Positions 50,231 through 63,940 are shown, numbered from the stretch's first letter. The stretch is DNA of 64,000 nucleotides from Ginglymostoma cirratum (GCA_024137785.1 JAHRHZ010000042.1:23346682-23410681), one strand, 5' to 3'. Translations and numbers: made by a program. The notes: a model not told the origin generated them from the letters alone.

Positions 50231-53166
50231 GGATCACATGTAGGTCAGACCAGGAAAGGACTGCAGATTTCTCTAAAAAGGATCTGGGTAAACCATATGG
50301 GCTGTTACAACAACAGTTACATGGCTGATATGAGGCCAACCGAATACTGCAGATTCTTTCATGAGTTCAAATTTCACTGTTTGCCAAAGTGGGAGTCAAA
50401 CCCACATCCCTGGGATGTCAGACCGGGCAATGAGTTAAGCGATATCAGCACGACGCCACTCTTCCAGTAATCAGGTAGCTGATTGGTTGCTGTAAGGCTT
50501 TTTGTCAGATTTAAAAACCTGCATTTACAATGAGAATTTGAACAAGTTTAGTCATTTCTGGATTGATTTGCCTGATCAAAAAGATGTAGAGGCATACAGG
50601 TTACATTCTAGGTTACATTATTCGAGGTTAGAGTCTATTCAACAGTCTGATAACTGCTGGAAAGAAGCTGTTCTTGAACCTGCTCGCGCATGTGTTCAGG
50701 CCTCTGTATCGTCTGTCTGATGGAAGAGTAGGTTAGTTGTCCATGCTAAATTTCCCCAGTCAGTCCAGGGATGTGTAGGCTAGGTAGTTTGGCCATGGTA
50801 AATGTGGGATTATGAGGGTTAGATCACGGGGCTGAATGGCCTCTTTTGCCACTCTGATTCTATATAATCCAATGGAGTAACTGAAGTGGAAGAGACAGCA
50901 CCCATAGAAAAAAAGGTCGGATCAGCAATCTTCACTTTCGTTCATAGAAATGTGTCCAGCAAGTTACAGTAACTTTTTTTTACTGTTAATGTGGGAACTA
51001 GTGCAGATACAAAAGAGTCAGTTACAAACCAGAATAAAAATCAGAGGGAACAGCAGAATTCGGGGAACTAAACAAGAATGACTGGGTGAAGCAAACAGCT
51101 ATCTTTGACCTTTCTTAGTCATTTCATTCCAATGGTGGAATGACTTAGCTAAACTTTCATTTACAGAACTGCACAGTGGAACTGACGGAGCATCGGTTAC
51201 CGCAAGTTGAAAGTGTCCGAAACACAGCACTTGCACCTTCAGTCATCAATGTAATCACACTTTGTAAAATGTTAAATCTGGAGCATTAAAAGCAAAAGCT
51301 GATAATTAACTGTAATATTTGGTGCATCCACAATTAAATGCTGGAAGCTCTGACCTGGCAAAATTTGTTTGCCAACTACACATTAAAACCAGCCAATGAG
51401 AGAAGCCACACTATTGTGACACACAACAGTTTTCAATTTACAAACTGGATATCATAACAAGCATCACACAAACTATTACATCTCCTCAAATCCAAGGTGA
51501 AGAGTCAAAAATCAGAAGTTCTGTTGGCTTGTTAGCAATATACTTGTATTTTTGTCCAATTTGGTCTCAGGAATTTTGTCTAACAATGTGTCAGGTTAAA
51601 CAAATCTCTCATTTTACAAGTTACAACAGCCCTTTAAACTTGGTTTTAAAAACTTGCGTTTACGATGAGAATTTCAACAAGCTTAGTCACCTTTGAATTG
51701 ATTTGCCTGATAAAATAAATTCCCTGTGAGTGTACGTTTTGTACAAATAACTTCATAACTTCAGGAGTTCACATTAGGGAGCATTTAGTCACTAGGTTAC
51801 CAGTTCTTGAGGCTGAATGTAGCTTATTCCACACTTTAACCAGCAGTGGTCCAGATTCAGCTGTTTTCGTCATTTAGACAAAGACAGAAAAGATTCAGCC
51901 CACTGTTCACTTTTTATCATATTGTGACTGAATAAAATTTGTTCCAGTTTCCTTTTTAGAAAAGTACTCCATCAATTGGATATCCAAGTTAACAGAATGC
52001 ATGGTTGGTGCTGAGACAGCAGTATTGGCCAAGAATACAACTTTCTGCAATCCTTCAGGAGTAAGATGAGACTTCTAACATCAACTTGAACAATCAGATA
52101 CCACATTAGTGTGGGCCAGGATCTTCAGTGAGTAATAGATACCTTGCTCATCGGTTACAATAGCAGTGGGAAGCCTTGTCACTTATTCTCTAGGAGGCCT
52201 GAGGCAATTTTTAAAAAATCAGGCACTTTCCTGGGCAGCGTCAGACCTTCCGTCCAATTAAGCCACCAGTAGTGCAGCAATTCCACCCTGTGCCACTGGC
52301 CACTCAGAGGCTGGTAGCTGACTAGTCATGGCAACACCACCTAAGGCATAGACTACCAATGGATGCCTGAAGATGGGGAGGGTAGGTAGGACGGGAGTCA
52401 CAGGAAGGGGGGAAAATCGCTGGTGTCAGAGGGTACAAGGGTCAGAAGCAAACGCAGAGACAGCCGGTGCAGTTATCCTGACTTTGCTCCCATTATCAAG
52501 CACAGAATGTCTTGGAGAAAGGGGCCACAATGCCAGGCCGTTAGTAAACCTGACAGGAATTCCTGGCAGCTTCATGTGCGTTGCCAGCCTCTGACTGAAC
52601 ACCAGTGACAATGGGATGAGGGCTTTAGGTGACCCTTAAAGGACTGCCTGTGTGAGCCTTCCTGAGCCAAACTTGATTGGACGGAGGTGAAATGCTGGTG
52701 AGATCTCCCTTGTGTACCCCTCCTGACCTATCAGTCAAAATCCCTGACCAGTCCCCATCCACCCAGCCATGAATGTGCCCCAAGGAGAGCATGAAATTCC
52801 ACCTCTCATAACCGATGGGGTCAGCTGCTACAGGGCTCTGCTCTCATAGTTCCATTTCCTTCCTAGACTGAATAATCAAGTTGAACGTGACAGCAACATT
52901 TCCAAGCTGCTCACTCTGAGGTAAGAGTGCACCCAAGTAAACCAAACCTGGAAGGATAGACTTCAAAAGTTGAATTTTTAAAAAATAATAAGTGTTCCCA
53001 GGGGTTGGAATCATAAAGAAAGCTCCCCAGCAAACTTCAACATCGATACCACTTCATGCTTGCAATAATTTCCCAAATCTGTTGCTGCTGCGAAACTCTT
53101 AACTTCCATTTTTTTTTCTGGAATCCAAGGGATTTGAGATAGTTCAAGTTTTGGCATGTCTGTCTC

Positions 53167-53245
53167 ATTTCACTTTCACTACTGCTTTTCGCAGTCAGTA
53201 CACAGTTTTTCTGGGCGGGTTTTCCTTTGCAAACTTTCCTGGGAA
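53167..53245. promoter_or_regulatory. Candidate cytokine-inducible promoter/enhancer: IRF-E/ISRE, GC box, NF-kB (c-Rel) and STAT (TTC-N4-GAA) motifs
   Basis: ATTTCACTTTCACT 53167-53180; GGGCGGG 53213-53219; CGGGTTTTCC 53216-53225; TTCCTGGGAA 53236-53245; all in non-repeat sequence. Confidence 0.5.
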
Positions 53246-53734
53246 TCTGTCAGCTCTTATTAGTTTTCAAATAAATCATGCATGAAGAAGGAACGGCAAG
53301 TACAGGCAGGAGATGTAAAAGGGAGCAAGAACTGCTGAATCCACGGCAACAGTCAAACACTGCACAGAAGGAAGGAATCCTGATTTTCGTGGAATTAGAA
53401 GAAAACTGGCTGTCATCCAACAATAATCTGCCCGTTTGAGTTAATATGTGCAAAGATCTAGAAACAACTAGGAATACAACCAGGTTTTTCTGCTCAAAAG
53501 TCTTGAACTAATGGGGAACTAAATTAATCCATTGACTAGAAAAGTCACAGTCGTGATGTGGGTTCATGTCTTGGGGTAAGGCTTGAAGGCCTGCTTAAGG
53601 ATGTGAAATGTCCAAGTTGCAGTCAATGTTCAAAGGCCTAGTGCAGCCTGCAAGTCAGCAGGCTAATTGGGTTTAATAAGCAAGAAGGTGATAATGGAAG
53701 GGCCATAAGAGCAGTCCACGTAAACACCCAAATT

Positions 53735-54540
53735 TGGACCAGGACTAGGCCATTTGGTCCCTTGAGACTTGCTCAACCACTTGATAAGTTCACGGCTGAC
53801 CTGATTGTCACATCAAACCCCTTTCCTGGCTACTCCTTAAGCTCTTTGGCTCCATTATTAGTCAAAAATCATAAAAACATCTGAAATAAAAGTAGGCCAT
53901 TCACTCCCAAGCTTGCCTCACTATTCTAATAATATCATGGCTTGTCAGCACCAGGCTGCAACTCTTTTTTCATGCCAACTCCTCATAGTCTTCAACTTCT
54001 TGATATTTCATAAATTTAAATATCTTCTCTTTAAATACTTCCAGTGATCTAGCTTCCACAACTTTCTGGGTTACAGAATTCCAAACATTCACTACTCTCT
54101 GAGAAGAAATTACTTTGTATGTCAGTTATAAATGCATGTCCTCTTAGTCCATAACTATGTCACCTAATTCAAGATTCCCCTATGACTGGAAAAATCTTCT
54201 CAAAATCTTCTATCCGGTCAAGCCCCCTCGGCAATCTTATATGTTTCAATAAGATCGCCTGTCATTCTTGTAAATTCTAATGAGTAAAGACCCAATCTAG
54301 TTAACCATGCTTGATAAGGTAACACCTTCATCCCAGATAGCAGCTTAGTGAATCACTTTTGAACCGTGACCAATACCAATCTATCCTTTCTTCATGTCAG
54401 GGATCAAAACAGTACACAGTATTCTAGGTATGTCCTCACCAACACCTTGCACAGTTGCAACAAGTCTTTTCTATTCTTAGACTCCAACACCCTACCAATG
54501 AAGGAAAAAAACTCTTCCACATTTTCAATTTCTCGCTTTA
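53735..54540 (-). mobile_element. CR1 LINE 3' fragment(s)
   Basis: agaattccaaacattcactactctctgagaag, gtttcaataagatcgcct, gatcaaaacagtacacagtattctagg (reverse-strand CR1). Confidence 0.8.
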
Positions 54541-54837
54541 AAAATATTCAATGTCCCTGCCTCCCATTGCTCTCTGGGGAAGGGAATTAGAAAGGTCAGA
54601 AATATTTACTTATCACGACTGTATCTCAAGTCTTTCCATTTGCACTTCATCTACTCCTTCTCTCACCAACACCCCACTTGCTCAATTCTTATTACATTTT
54701 TACCTTTTCCAAGTTCTGGTGATAGATCACTGACCTGAAATGTGACCTGTTTTACTCTCCACAGCTGTCAGATCTGCCAAGCTACTTTCAGTGAATTCTG
54801 TTTTCAATTCAAATTTCCACTAACCATAGTTTTTCTT

Positions 54838-54962
54838 AAGATAACAAGGTGTAGAGCTGGACGAACACAGCAGGCCAAGCAGATTCATAGGAGCAGGTGT
54901 GTTCGTCCAGCTCTACACCTTGTTATCTCAGATTCTCCAGCATCCGCAGTTCCTATTATCTC
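54838..54962. mobile_element. Minimal Penelope-derived foldback element
   Basis: agataacaaggtgtagagctggacgaacac / gtgttcgtccagctctacaccttgttatct, a perfect 30-bp inverted repeat. Confidence 0.85.
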
Positions 54963-55849
54963 TGATTTTTTTTTTTAAATTACTTTGGTATTTGTTTCTT
55001 AGTCTTCGGATTCCCTGGACTCCAAACTGTTCAAAACTCAGGTCTCCCATTCTTGTACCACAATGTTTCACTCTCCTGACTTACATTAGCTTCCTACCTC
55101 CCAATGTCTTCAATTTTAAAACTTTGCTTTCAAACTCTGCCATTGCCTTGCTTCACCTATCTCATTTTTGTTTATATCTTTGACTCTGGTCTGTAACTCT
55201 GTCCTCCCACCATTTGAACAGGAGTAGAAAATTGAATCCCACATTATGCCTACAGAAAACGTAAGCAGAAGAAAATGGAACATCATCAAAGAATGGTACA
55301 GCACAGGGGGAGACTCCTTGAGGAGACTAGTATTGTTTTTTTCCAAGAACTACATTGCCCCAATCTCCTGTTCTTTCCAAATAGCATCTGAAAAATGGCC
55401 CCATTCAATTAGACATCCAATTTCCCTTCAAAAAAGTTGATTTGAATCTGCTTCTGCGAGCCTCTTAGAAAGTGCATCAGGACAACTTGCTGAAAAGACA
55501 TGTTTTTCCTCAAGTTGCTGCTGGATCTATTAACAATAATCTAAAATATGTGTCTGCTAGTCAACGACCTGCAGACAATTGAACAGTTTCTTGTCATTTA
55601 TCAGTCCATCTTTTCGGATCAGTTCTATCTGTGACACAAGGTCAATAACCTGTGTGTGTAACCTTTACCATTTCAGTCCAATCATTCTGATTCATATCAT
55701 CAGCAAAGCAGCAATCATCACCGAATTGCAGATCCTTTCAAACTTGGCAAAGCTGTACCAGGTTTGTTGCTGGGTCTTCCCAGCCCGGTTTTGTCAGAGA
55801 TGTGGAACACTGTAACAGTGTAAGAGCTCCATTGCACTGCAGTCAAGTG

Positions 55850-56950
55850 GGGGAGGGGGCGTGAGGGTTGCAGATGGAGGACTTGATGTTACCTCTTTTT
55901 ACAACACTGGTTGTTGTAAAATAAGTTGATAAGCCTCAGTGTGAACGTCAGTGAATTGGCTGAAAACCAGCATCTCTGATCCTGGAGACCTTTGCAGAAG
56001 GCTGTGTTGGATCATTCACTCAGTACTTATGGTGGAAAATTCTTCCAAATGCTGGATCCTTATATTCTGTGCTGATATGCTGGGCTCCCACAACACTGAA
56101 GATGGAAACATTTGTGGATCCTTATCCTCCAGTGAGTTGTATAATTGTCTACCATCATTCAAGACAGGATGAGGGAGGAATGCAGAGTTTAGATCCAATC
56201 CAAGTGTTATGGAATCAGTTAGATCTGTCTACTACTTGCTTCTATGCTCTTCTGCAAGTAATCAGTCCTGTGTTGTAGCTGCAGCAGGCAGAAACCACAT
56301 GTTTAAGATGCTTGGTGCTGCTCCTGGCATTCTCTCCAGTGCCGTTCATTGAATCAGTATTGATCCCTTGCATAGATGGTAATGCTAGAGTGGGGAATAC
56401 GCTAGTTTGCAGATTTTGTTTCAATACAGTTCTGCCATCAATGGCCAGGTGCCTCATGGTTGAACAGTCTTGAGTTGGTAGATCTTTCTAAAAGCTATAC
56501 CATTTAACACAGTGGTAGTGCCATACAATATGGTAAAGGGTATCTTCAATGTGAAAATAGGGCTTGGTCTCCACAAGGGTTGTGCAGTGGTGTCTCCTAT
56601 ATATCCTCGCATGGACAGATGCATCCACAGCAGGCCAATTGGTCAGAATGAGTTAAAGGCTGCTTTTCCCTCTTGTTGGTTTGTTCACAACCTGCTGCTG
56701 ACTCAGTCTGGCTGCTCTGTCCTTTAGGACTCAACTAGCTCAGTTGGTGATGTTGCTACCAAGCTATTCTTGTTGATGGACATTGAAGACTACATGCAGA
56801 GTACGTTCTGCAACATTACTACCGTCAGTACTTCATCCACCTGAGGAAGTCCTGGTTCATTAAGATAATCAGCAAGAAATTTCCTTGTCTATGTTTGACT
56901 TGAAGTCATGAGAACTCATGGGGTCTTGAATCAATATCGAGGACTCCTCT
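55850..56950 (-). mobile_element. Decayed LINE of the second CR1-clade family
   Basis: Reverse-strand DPQMFPSSV...IRIQHLEEFS, consistent with the ORF2 endonuclease/linker region. Confidence 0.6.
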
Positions 56951-59519
56951 GGATGGTAGTAAAAATGACTTTAGAGAATTGATGCTTGTATACGCCTTTG
57001 GATTCAAGGTGCCTTAGCTGATGCCAGGTAATCCATGCAGTTTCAGAGTTTTCTTTTATTTAGACTTTGTAGAAGTTAGATACAACTGGGTGGCTGGCCA
57101 AATCATTTCAGAGTTCAACAGATTACTGAGATCTGAAGTCATGTCTAAGTTAGATGAACTAAGAACCTTCCCTAGCATTCCCTAAACAATGTTCATGGAC
57201 CAGACATCCCTTTTTTGAGACAATGCTTTTGTGATCACACTTAACCTAGTCTTTATTTTCAGGTTTATTGTTGAATTCAAATTTCACCACCTGCAATGAT
57301 GCGATTCAGACACACCTCTCCAGAGCATTAGGTATGGGTCTTTGGATTACCAGCCAAGTGACAATACTACTGTGACACCACCTTCCCAGGGAAGGGTGGT
57401 TAGTGGAGAAGTCAGCGTGAGAGATCATGGGTTCAGTCCCATCACTACTCAAGAGTTCAACCAGCTTTTTATCCATCTTAGAATTCCTAAGTAATAGTTC
57501 AAGCAAAGTGTGTGTAACTGTCCCAGATGTTCAACCCTCACTCAGAGTTGGAATCTTTTGTGGCGGGTTCTGTGAACAGGGAAGGTGCCCATTGGAAGTG
57601 TCAATGCATATGGTGGCTTGTACACTCAGTCTCTAATGGTTCGACTTGGAACATCTGGCCCCATATTAATTCAGTGACATTGCACATTGTTTCAGATGTG
57701 TTAACATTATTGTATATCCATTTATTGAGTGGGCATTTTAATATTCTTAAGGTGTAAAAATCTCCATAATGCAACAACAAACTGTAAAAGCAAAAGCTCA
57801 GCAGATTTATGGAAGCACATGAGTCAAAAGAATCTATTTAAAAATAAAATGTGATCTACGTCACAGTGCCAAAAGGGAAACTTTAACACCAACTCAGGCA
57901 ACCTCAATTTCTGCTTTAACCTCAGAACATGCTAAAGTACAATACTTAATGTTTCTGTGAAGTTTATGGTTCATTCTAATTACCAACACTTGGAAAGACA
58001 AAATGAATGCACTTCATTTTCTGTCCGCTGACATCATGGAGAAATAAACAATCAGTAATAACTTGGGTGTAACAATGAACTATTTTGCACTGAAGTTCTG
58101 TTTATGTCGATCAATTGCCTTGAGTAAAACAGAAGCTTACCAACACAACTTTCCCATCCTAACATGTTGAACGTTTTTCTAAAACCCCCTTTAAACCAAG
58201 CTTTTGGTGGTTCTTGTAAAGCATACTATTAAAAGATTCAATAAAAACATTGATAAATACAATTTAAAGGGGCTCTTGTAAAATACTCCAGTACCTATCA
58301 TTTTGGTGGCGAATTGTCAGAGCAGGAGCCCACACCCTTTAGGTTCTGAAAAGTGCTATCTGCAGCTGACAGGCATTCACTGCAAACTTTTACACTGGGA
58401 ATATTCAACTGCTGCTGGGTTTGTTCTGCTCATTCTCTCAATCCTCTTGAAGTGGCTGATCCCTCTGTCAAATGAATGTGGAAACATAAAATCCATTCCA
58501 TGCCGCAGTTTTCCATCACTGGTTTTCAGCCTTTTCTGGCTGAACAGCAAACCACAACAGTGACCACTCACATAAATATTAATAGCAATTGAGTGAGTTT
58601 CATTTGTAAAAAACAAAAAGGTATTAAACAGGAAGAGCGAGTTAACCAGAATCTTTGTGCAGAAAGAGAAAGTCACCACCAGAACTGGTAAGGTCACCTG
58701 CAAGGTTTACCATCTGTCGCAGTATGTATTTTCTCTAAACATCCAATGTTGTCTTTTTAAAGTTGTATAGTTTTACTAAGAGTCACTAAATTAAGCAAAG
58801 AAAAGCACTTTCTAGAAAGAGACATATTAGGATCCATGGAAAAGGTCTGCTGGGTCTAATGGTCTACACTGCTCCCAAAAAGAATCCTAAATCATGAAAT
58901 ATTTGACAGAAATAATGGCAGCAAGTTTACTCCCAAAACCCTAACAACATGCAAGGAACAGGAATTATATGGGAATAAGGGACAAAGATTTTGATTTGAT
59001 AAGATAAAGAAAAGCAATAGTCTGAGCTGTAGAAAATAGCTGTGTGCCATGGGCAGAAAAGTGGAAAATGACACGGAAATCTTTTTCATGATGAGCAGGT
59101 GTTGAGGCGATGGTATGTGAACTTGCAAATATATCCAGCATGATGCAATCAATCCCAAAGTGCCATCTCTGAACTTGGCATTGGTTTAAATATGAAGTAG
59201 TTCGTTGTGACCAACACCTCTTGAAACTTCATCCCTCCCAAAAACCTGTCCTCAACTAAATGCACAATATTCAGATCAATGAATAGCAGGTCTAAAGCAG
59301 CAATCTACAAATGAGAATGGTAGTGAACTGACAACTGAACACTGGCACAATCTAAAGTGGGACTCTATGGCTGATTCAGGAGGTAAGAGAATGATCGAGG
59401 TTAAGAAAGGCATATAGGGCTGAAAAGTACAATCATGTTTATTGAGTTGAGTATGGGAGGTGGTGTGGATGGCTCATGCCCCAGAAAGAAATACAGATGC
59501 AGCCTGACTGACTGCAAGG

Positions 59520-59850
59520 TGAACATAGAGCACAGAATCCCTACAGTGCAAAGAGAGGTCATTTGTCCCATCGGGTCTGCACCGACCCTCCAAAGAGCAT
59601 CCAAACCTCAAGACCCACTCCCATGTATTTCCACATTGCCCATGGCTAACTCACCTACCGTGCACATCCCTGGACACTACGGGCAAGTTAGCATGGTCTG
59701 TCCACTTAACCTGCACATCTTTGGACTGTCGGAAGAAACTACAGCACCCGGTGGAAACCCACGCAGACAGTCACCCGAGCCTGGAATCGAACGTGGCTCC
59801 CGGGAGCTGCAAGGCAGCAGGGCTAACCACTGAGCCATCGTGCCGCCCCT
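59520..59850 (-). mobile_element. HE1-like SINE
   Basis: Head gggcggcacgatggctcagtggttagccctgctgcc on the minus strand. Confidence 0.85.
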
Positions 59851-61539
59851 GCAGCCATATCATAGACTGGCCACCCAGGAGCCATAGTGTGCCATAGTGG
59901 GCTAAAGTGATGTACAGAAAGACTTCTGGCCCTCATCAGGAGGAAGTTGCCCCTTCTGGAGGTGGAGGTAAATTCTGCAATCCAGAGCTCTGCAGCAGAC
60001 ACTGAGGGTAGTCTCTCACAGGAAACCTCATGGGTTCCTGAGTGATGTTATTCAGGCAACTTTGGGCAGGATGAATTTTAGCACTTTGGAAACGGACGTG
60101 AGGTGGGGTGGGGTGGGGCTTGGAATTTGCATTATGGCAAATAGGAAGGAAGAAGTTTGCTATACGGTGTCTCTCCAATCAAGAAAGGGCACCCTCCTGA
60201 AGATAAAACAAAACTTCTCCTTCCTGCTTTTTGGAACATTAAATTAAAGGTATGTCCACTTTCAGTCATCTGCCCATGACAATCTTTTATGGCATGAGCA
60301 GCATAATATTTAGGTTAGATGGGCATTTAACAAATGAATATTGAGGAGTACTGCAAGATAATATGAGGCAACTTTTCAGAATGCATAAATAGTTGGCAGA
60401 TGAAGTTCAACAGAGATCATCGTGAGGCAGTAGATTTTTGGAGGAAGTAGAATGAATGCACTTTTACTTGGAAGCTCCGAGAAGGGTCACAAATGGTGCA
60501 GAACTCTGTGCAATCATCAGCAAACATCCCCAGCTTGTGATGGCAGAAAGACCATTAAAGAAGCAGCTAAAGATGGTTAGGTTTAGGGTCCTGAGGAACT
60601 TGTGCCGCGATGTCATCAATTTGAAGTGACTGACCTCCCAAATTCACAACCACCTTTCTTTATTCTCGGTTTGACCTCCAGGAATATGGATTCTGTAAGT
60701 GAAGACAGTTTTAATATGGAAGGGTAAAATGTGTCGGCGCAGAATGGAGGGTCGAAGGGTCTATTCCTGTGCTGTATTCTTTGTGTTCTAACCAGCAGAG
60801 AATTTTCTCTGCAATTCCCAGTGACTCCAGTTTTGCTAGGACGCCTCGACAAATAAAGCAAATGCACTTTGACAGACACATGCACTGATATCATTAGTAA
60901 ATTTGTTTATAAAAATAGGCTGAAACAGAGAAAGGATTTCAAAGAAATTAAAAGGTTGTTGTTGTAAAGATTGTTGTAAAAGGTTGTTAAAAATAATTGT
61001 CTGACTCACAAGGGTTGTGAGAAAATGTTCCTGTTTCATGTTTAGCTTGATTCTTATTAAGTTTGTTGGTGAAGAAGTATTTCCAGAGATATATTTTTAA
61101 CAGAGCAGCCCTCCTACAATGATAGAAACCACAGCGCTCCAAGCTCACTTATAATATTCATAGTGTTACCATCAAGTATCTGCACAAATTCTGCCCAATG
61201 TCAAGTGCATGTTTCAAAGTTGTTTACTCCAGTTAACACTGAAATTCATCTTTCACTACCTGCTGAACTGGTTACTTGTGACAGGAAGTTTTGAAATTGA
61301 CAAGTCAGGGAAATATTCTAAATGAGGCTGTTTAAACAAGGGCATTTCCAACCCTCACATGTCAGTACTCGTGTAATTTAAAACAACATATTTGTGTGCT
61401 GACCAACACATCTATAAACTTGAACTGTTACTTTCATTTTGATGCAGTTCAAAACTGACTACTGCTTCAATAGACCCTCCACGTTTAACTACATCAAAAA
61501 GGTGCCATATAAAGGCAAGTTGATGTTGAGGAAGATCAG

Positions 61540-63940
61540 GAATCTAATCGTTTCAGATCATGAAGAATCAAAGCAAAACAGCAACGTTTCAATGTTTCAA
61601 TTGGTCATGAGGGTTAAATAAATGACATTTGTCTTATCGTAATGCAAAAAGTGACAATACCCAAAAAGAAGTATCAAATAGAAACTTTACCCTGATGGAT
61701 GATGTTTTAAAAGATCATTACTGGTTAGAAAATTATAAGAACATAACCTGCTTGTACAATATATTGATAAATGAATCACAGATCACGTCTGTTGAATCTA
61801 AATTTTCTGAAGCAATGTCAAAATTAGTCAACAGGGAAGTTTCTATAGATTTTATTAAATGGACTTACAAAAGAATGAAAGACTCTTATACGAGACCATT
61901 TCTGAGACTCATGGAGTTAAAGCAAATTATTGACCCAAAGACAAAACTGGTTGAGTGGCAGAAAACAGAGAGAGTATAAGTAATGGGCAGGTATCTCTAC
62001 GAAGCAGCATTTTGCCAGCGGCATTTCATAAGGATATACTTTAGATCCTCAATTATTCAGTAAATTCATGAATGATTTATGATAGGATCCAAAGACAAAT
62101 ATTCAGATTTGCCAATGATAGGCAACATCAGATGGAAGCCTAAAAGTAAAAGTTACAGACAGATTAAGTGAAAAGACCAAACTATGACATATGGATTTCA
62201 ATGTAGGCAACTGTGAAATCACACACCTTGGAATCTAAAACGGATAGATTAGGATATTCTTTAAATGGCGAAAAGCTAAGCACAGTGGAAGTCCAAAGAG
62301 ACTGGGAGGGTTCTGGGTAATGAGGATTACTGAAAAGTGAAGAACTGTCACAGAAAAAGAAATCAAAAAGTCTAATGGAACACTGGCCTTTAGATCTACA
62401 GCAACAGAATACAAAGGAACAGGAGAAATGGTTCAGCTCTGGAAAGCGCTGTTCAGAACAGGCCATGAGTACAATGAACAGTTCTGGACCAGACCATAAG
62501 AAGGATATATTGGGCGTGGCACAGCGCAGCTTAACTTTCCCAAAATGATACCTGTACTCAAAGGGTTAACCTATAAAAGAGATTTTTAAAAAATATTGAG
62601 TTCTTTAAAATGTCAATGAATTAAGCAGAACAGAATGAATGGATTGGGAGAAACTACTCCTGTTAATTCAAGAGGTTAAGAATACTTAGCACAGTCAAAA
62701 ATTGAGACTTAGGCCTCTTAGCAGTCACACAAAGGCTGGTAGAGGAAATTGGCAGTACAGTGGACAGTGAAGAAGCTTATCTAAGATTACACAGCGTCTC
62801 AATCAATGGAGTCAATAGGCTGAGGAGTGGCAGATGGGAGTTTAATTTGGACAAATGCGAGATACTGCATTTTGGTGAAACAAACAAGGGCAGGACTTTG
62901 GGGTGACATGGTGGCTCAGTGGTTAGCACTGCTGCCTCAAAGCACCAGGGATCCAGATTGGATTCCAGCCTCAGGTGACAGTCTGTGTGGAGTTTGCACA
63001 TTCTCCCCGTGTCTACGTGGGTTTCCTCTGGGTGCTCTGGTTTCCTCCCACAGTCCAAATGTGTGCAGGTAAGGTGGATTGGCCACAGGAAATGCAAGTT
63101 ACAGGGATAGGGTAGAGTCATTGGTCTGAGTGGGCCACTCTTCAGTCAGTGTGGACTCAATGGGTTGAATGGCCTGCTTCTGCACTGTAGCATTCTATGA
63201 CTTATACAGTTAGTGGTATAGCCTTGGGTAATATTGTAGAACAGACAGACCTAGGGGTTCAGGTACTTGATTCTTTGAAATTTGCATCACAGTGGGTGGT
63301 TAAGAAGGCATTTAGCACACTTGCCTTCATCGCTCAGACCTTTGAGCATAGGAGTTGGGAAGACATATTGAGGTTGTCCAGGTCATTGCTAAGGCCTCTC
63401 CTGGCATACTGTGTCCAGTTCTGGTAGTCCTGTTACAGTAAGGATATTATTAAACTGGAGAGGCTTCAGCAAAGATTTACCAGGATGTTGCTGGGAATGG
63501 AGGGTTTGCAGTTATAAAAAGAGGCTGGATCGGCTGGGACTTTTTTCACTGGTGGTTGAGGGGTGACCTTATAAAGGTTTATAAAATCATGAGGGGCACA
63601 GATAAGGTGAAGAGCAAGGGTCTCTTACCTCGGGTGGGGGAGTTCAAAACGAGAGGGCATATTTGTAAGGTGAGAGGTGAAAGATTTAAAAAGCACATGA
63701 GGGACAACTTTCTTAAACAGAGAATGATTCGTGTGTGGAATGAACCGCCAGGAGGAAATGACAGGTGCAGGTACAGTTACAATGTTTAAAAGTAATTTGG
63801 ATAATTACATTAAAAGGAAAGGTTTGGAGGGATATGGGCCAAATGCAGGCGGGTGGGAATAGCTTAGTTTGGGAACATGGTCGGTGTGGACTCGTTGGAC
63901 TGGAGAATTTTTTCCATGTTGTACAACTCAATGATTCTAT
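61540..63940 (+). mobile_element. Two CR1 LINE fragments (older at 61540-62740, younger at 62740-63940)
   Basis: Degenerate RT region, then LSRSLLRPLLAYCVQFW and RGDLIKVYKIMRGTDKV, then the 3' tail. Confidence 0.85.
62900..63200 (+). mobile_element. HE1-like SINE nested in CR1
   Basis: ggtggctcagtggttagcactgctgcctca head; CR1 sequence resumes at about 63200. Confidence 0.85.

Noticed and set aside
58303-58703. Overlapping ORFs in unique sequence
   Set aside because: No domain and no convincing splice-site pair.
61629-61979. 116-aa ORF
   Set aside because: Lies in a decayed CR1 RT region.
62900-62975. tRNA-like A/B-box heads (also at about 6550-6625, 34436-34510 and 59780-59850)
   Set aside because: They are SINE heads followed by SINE bodies, not tRNA genes.
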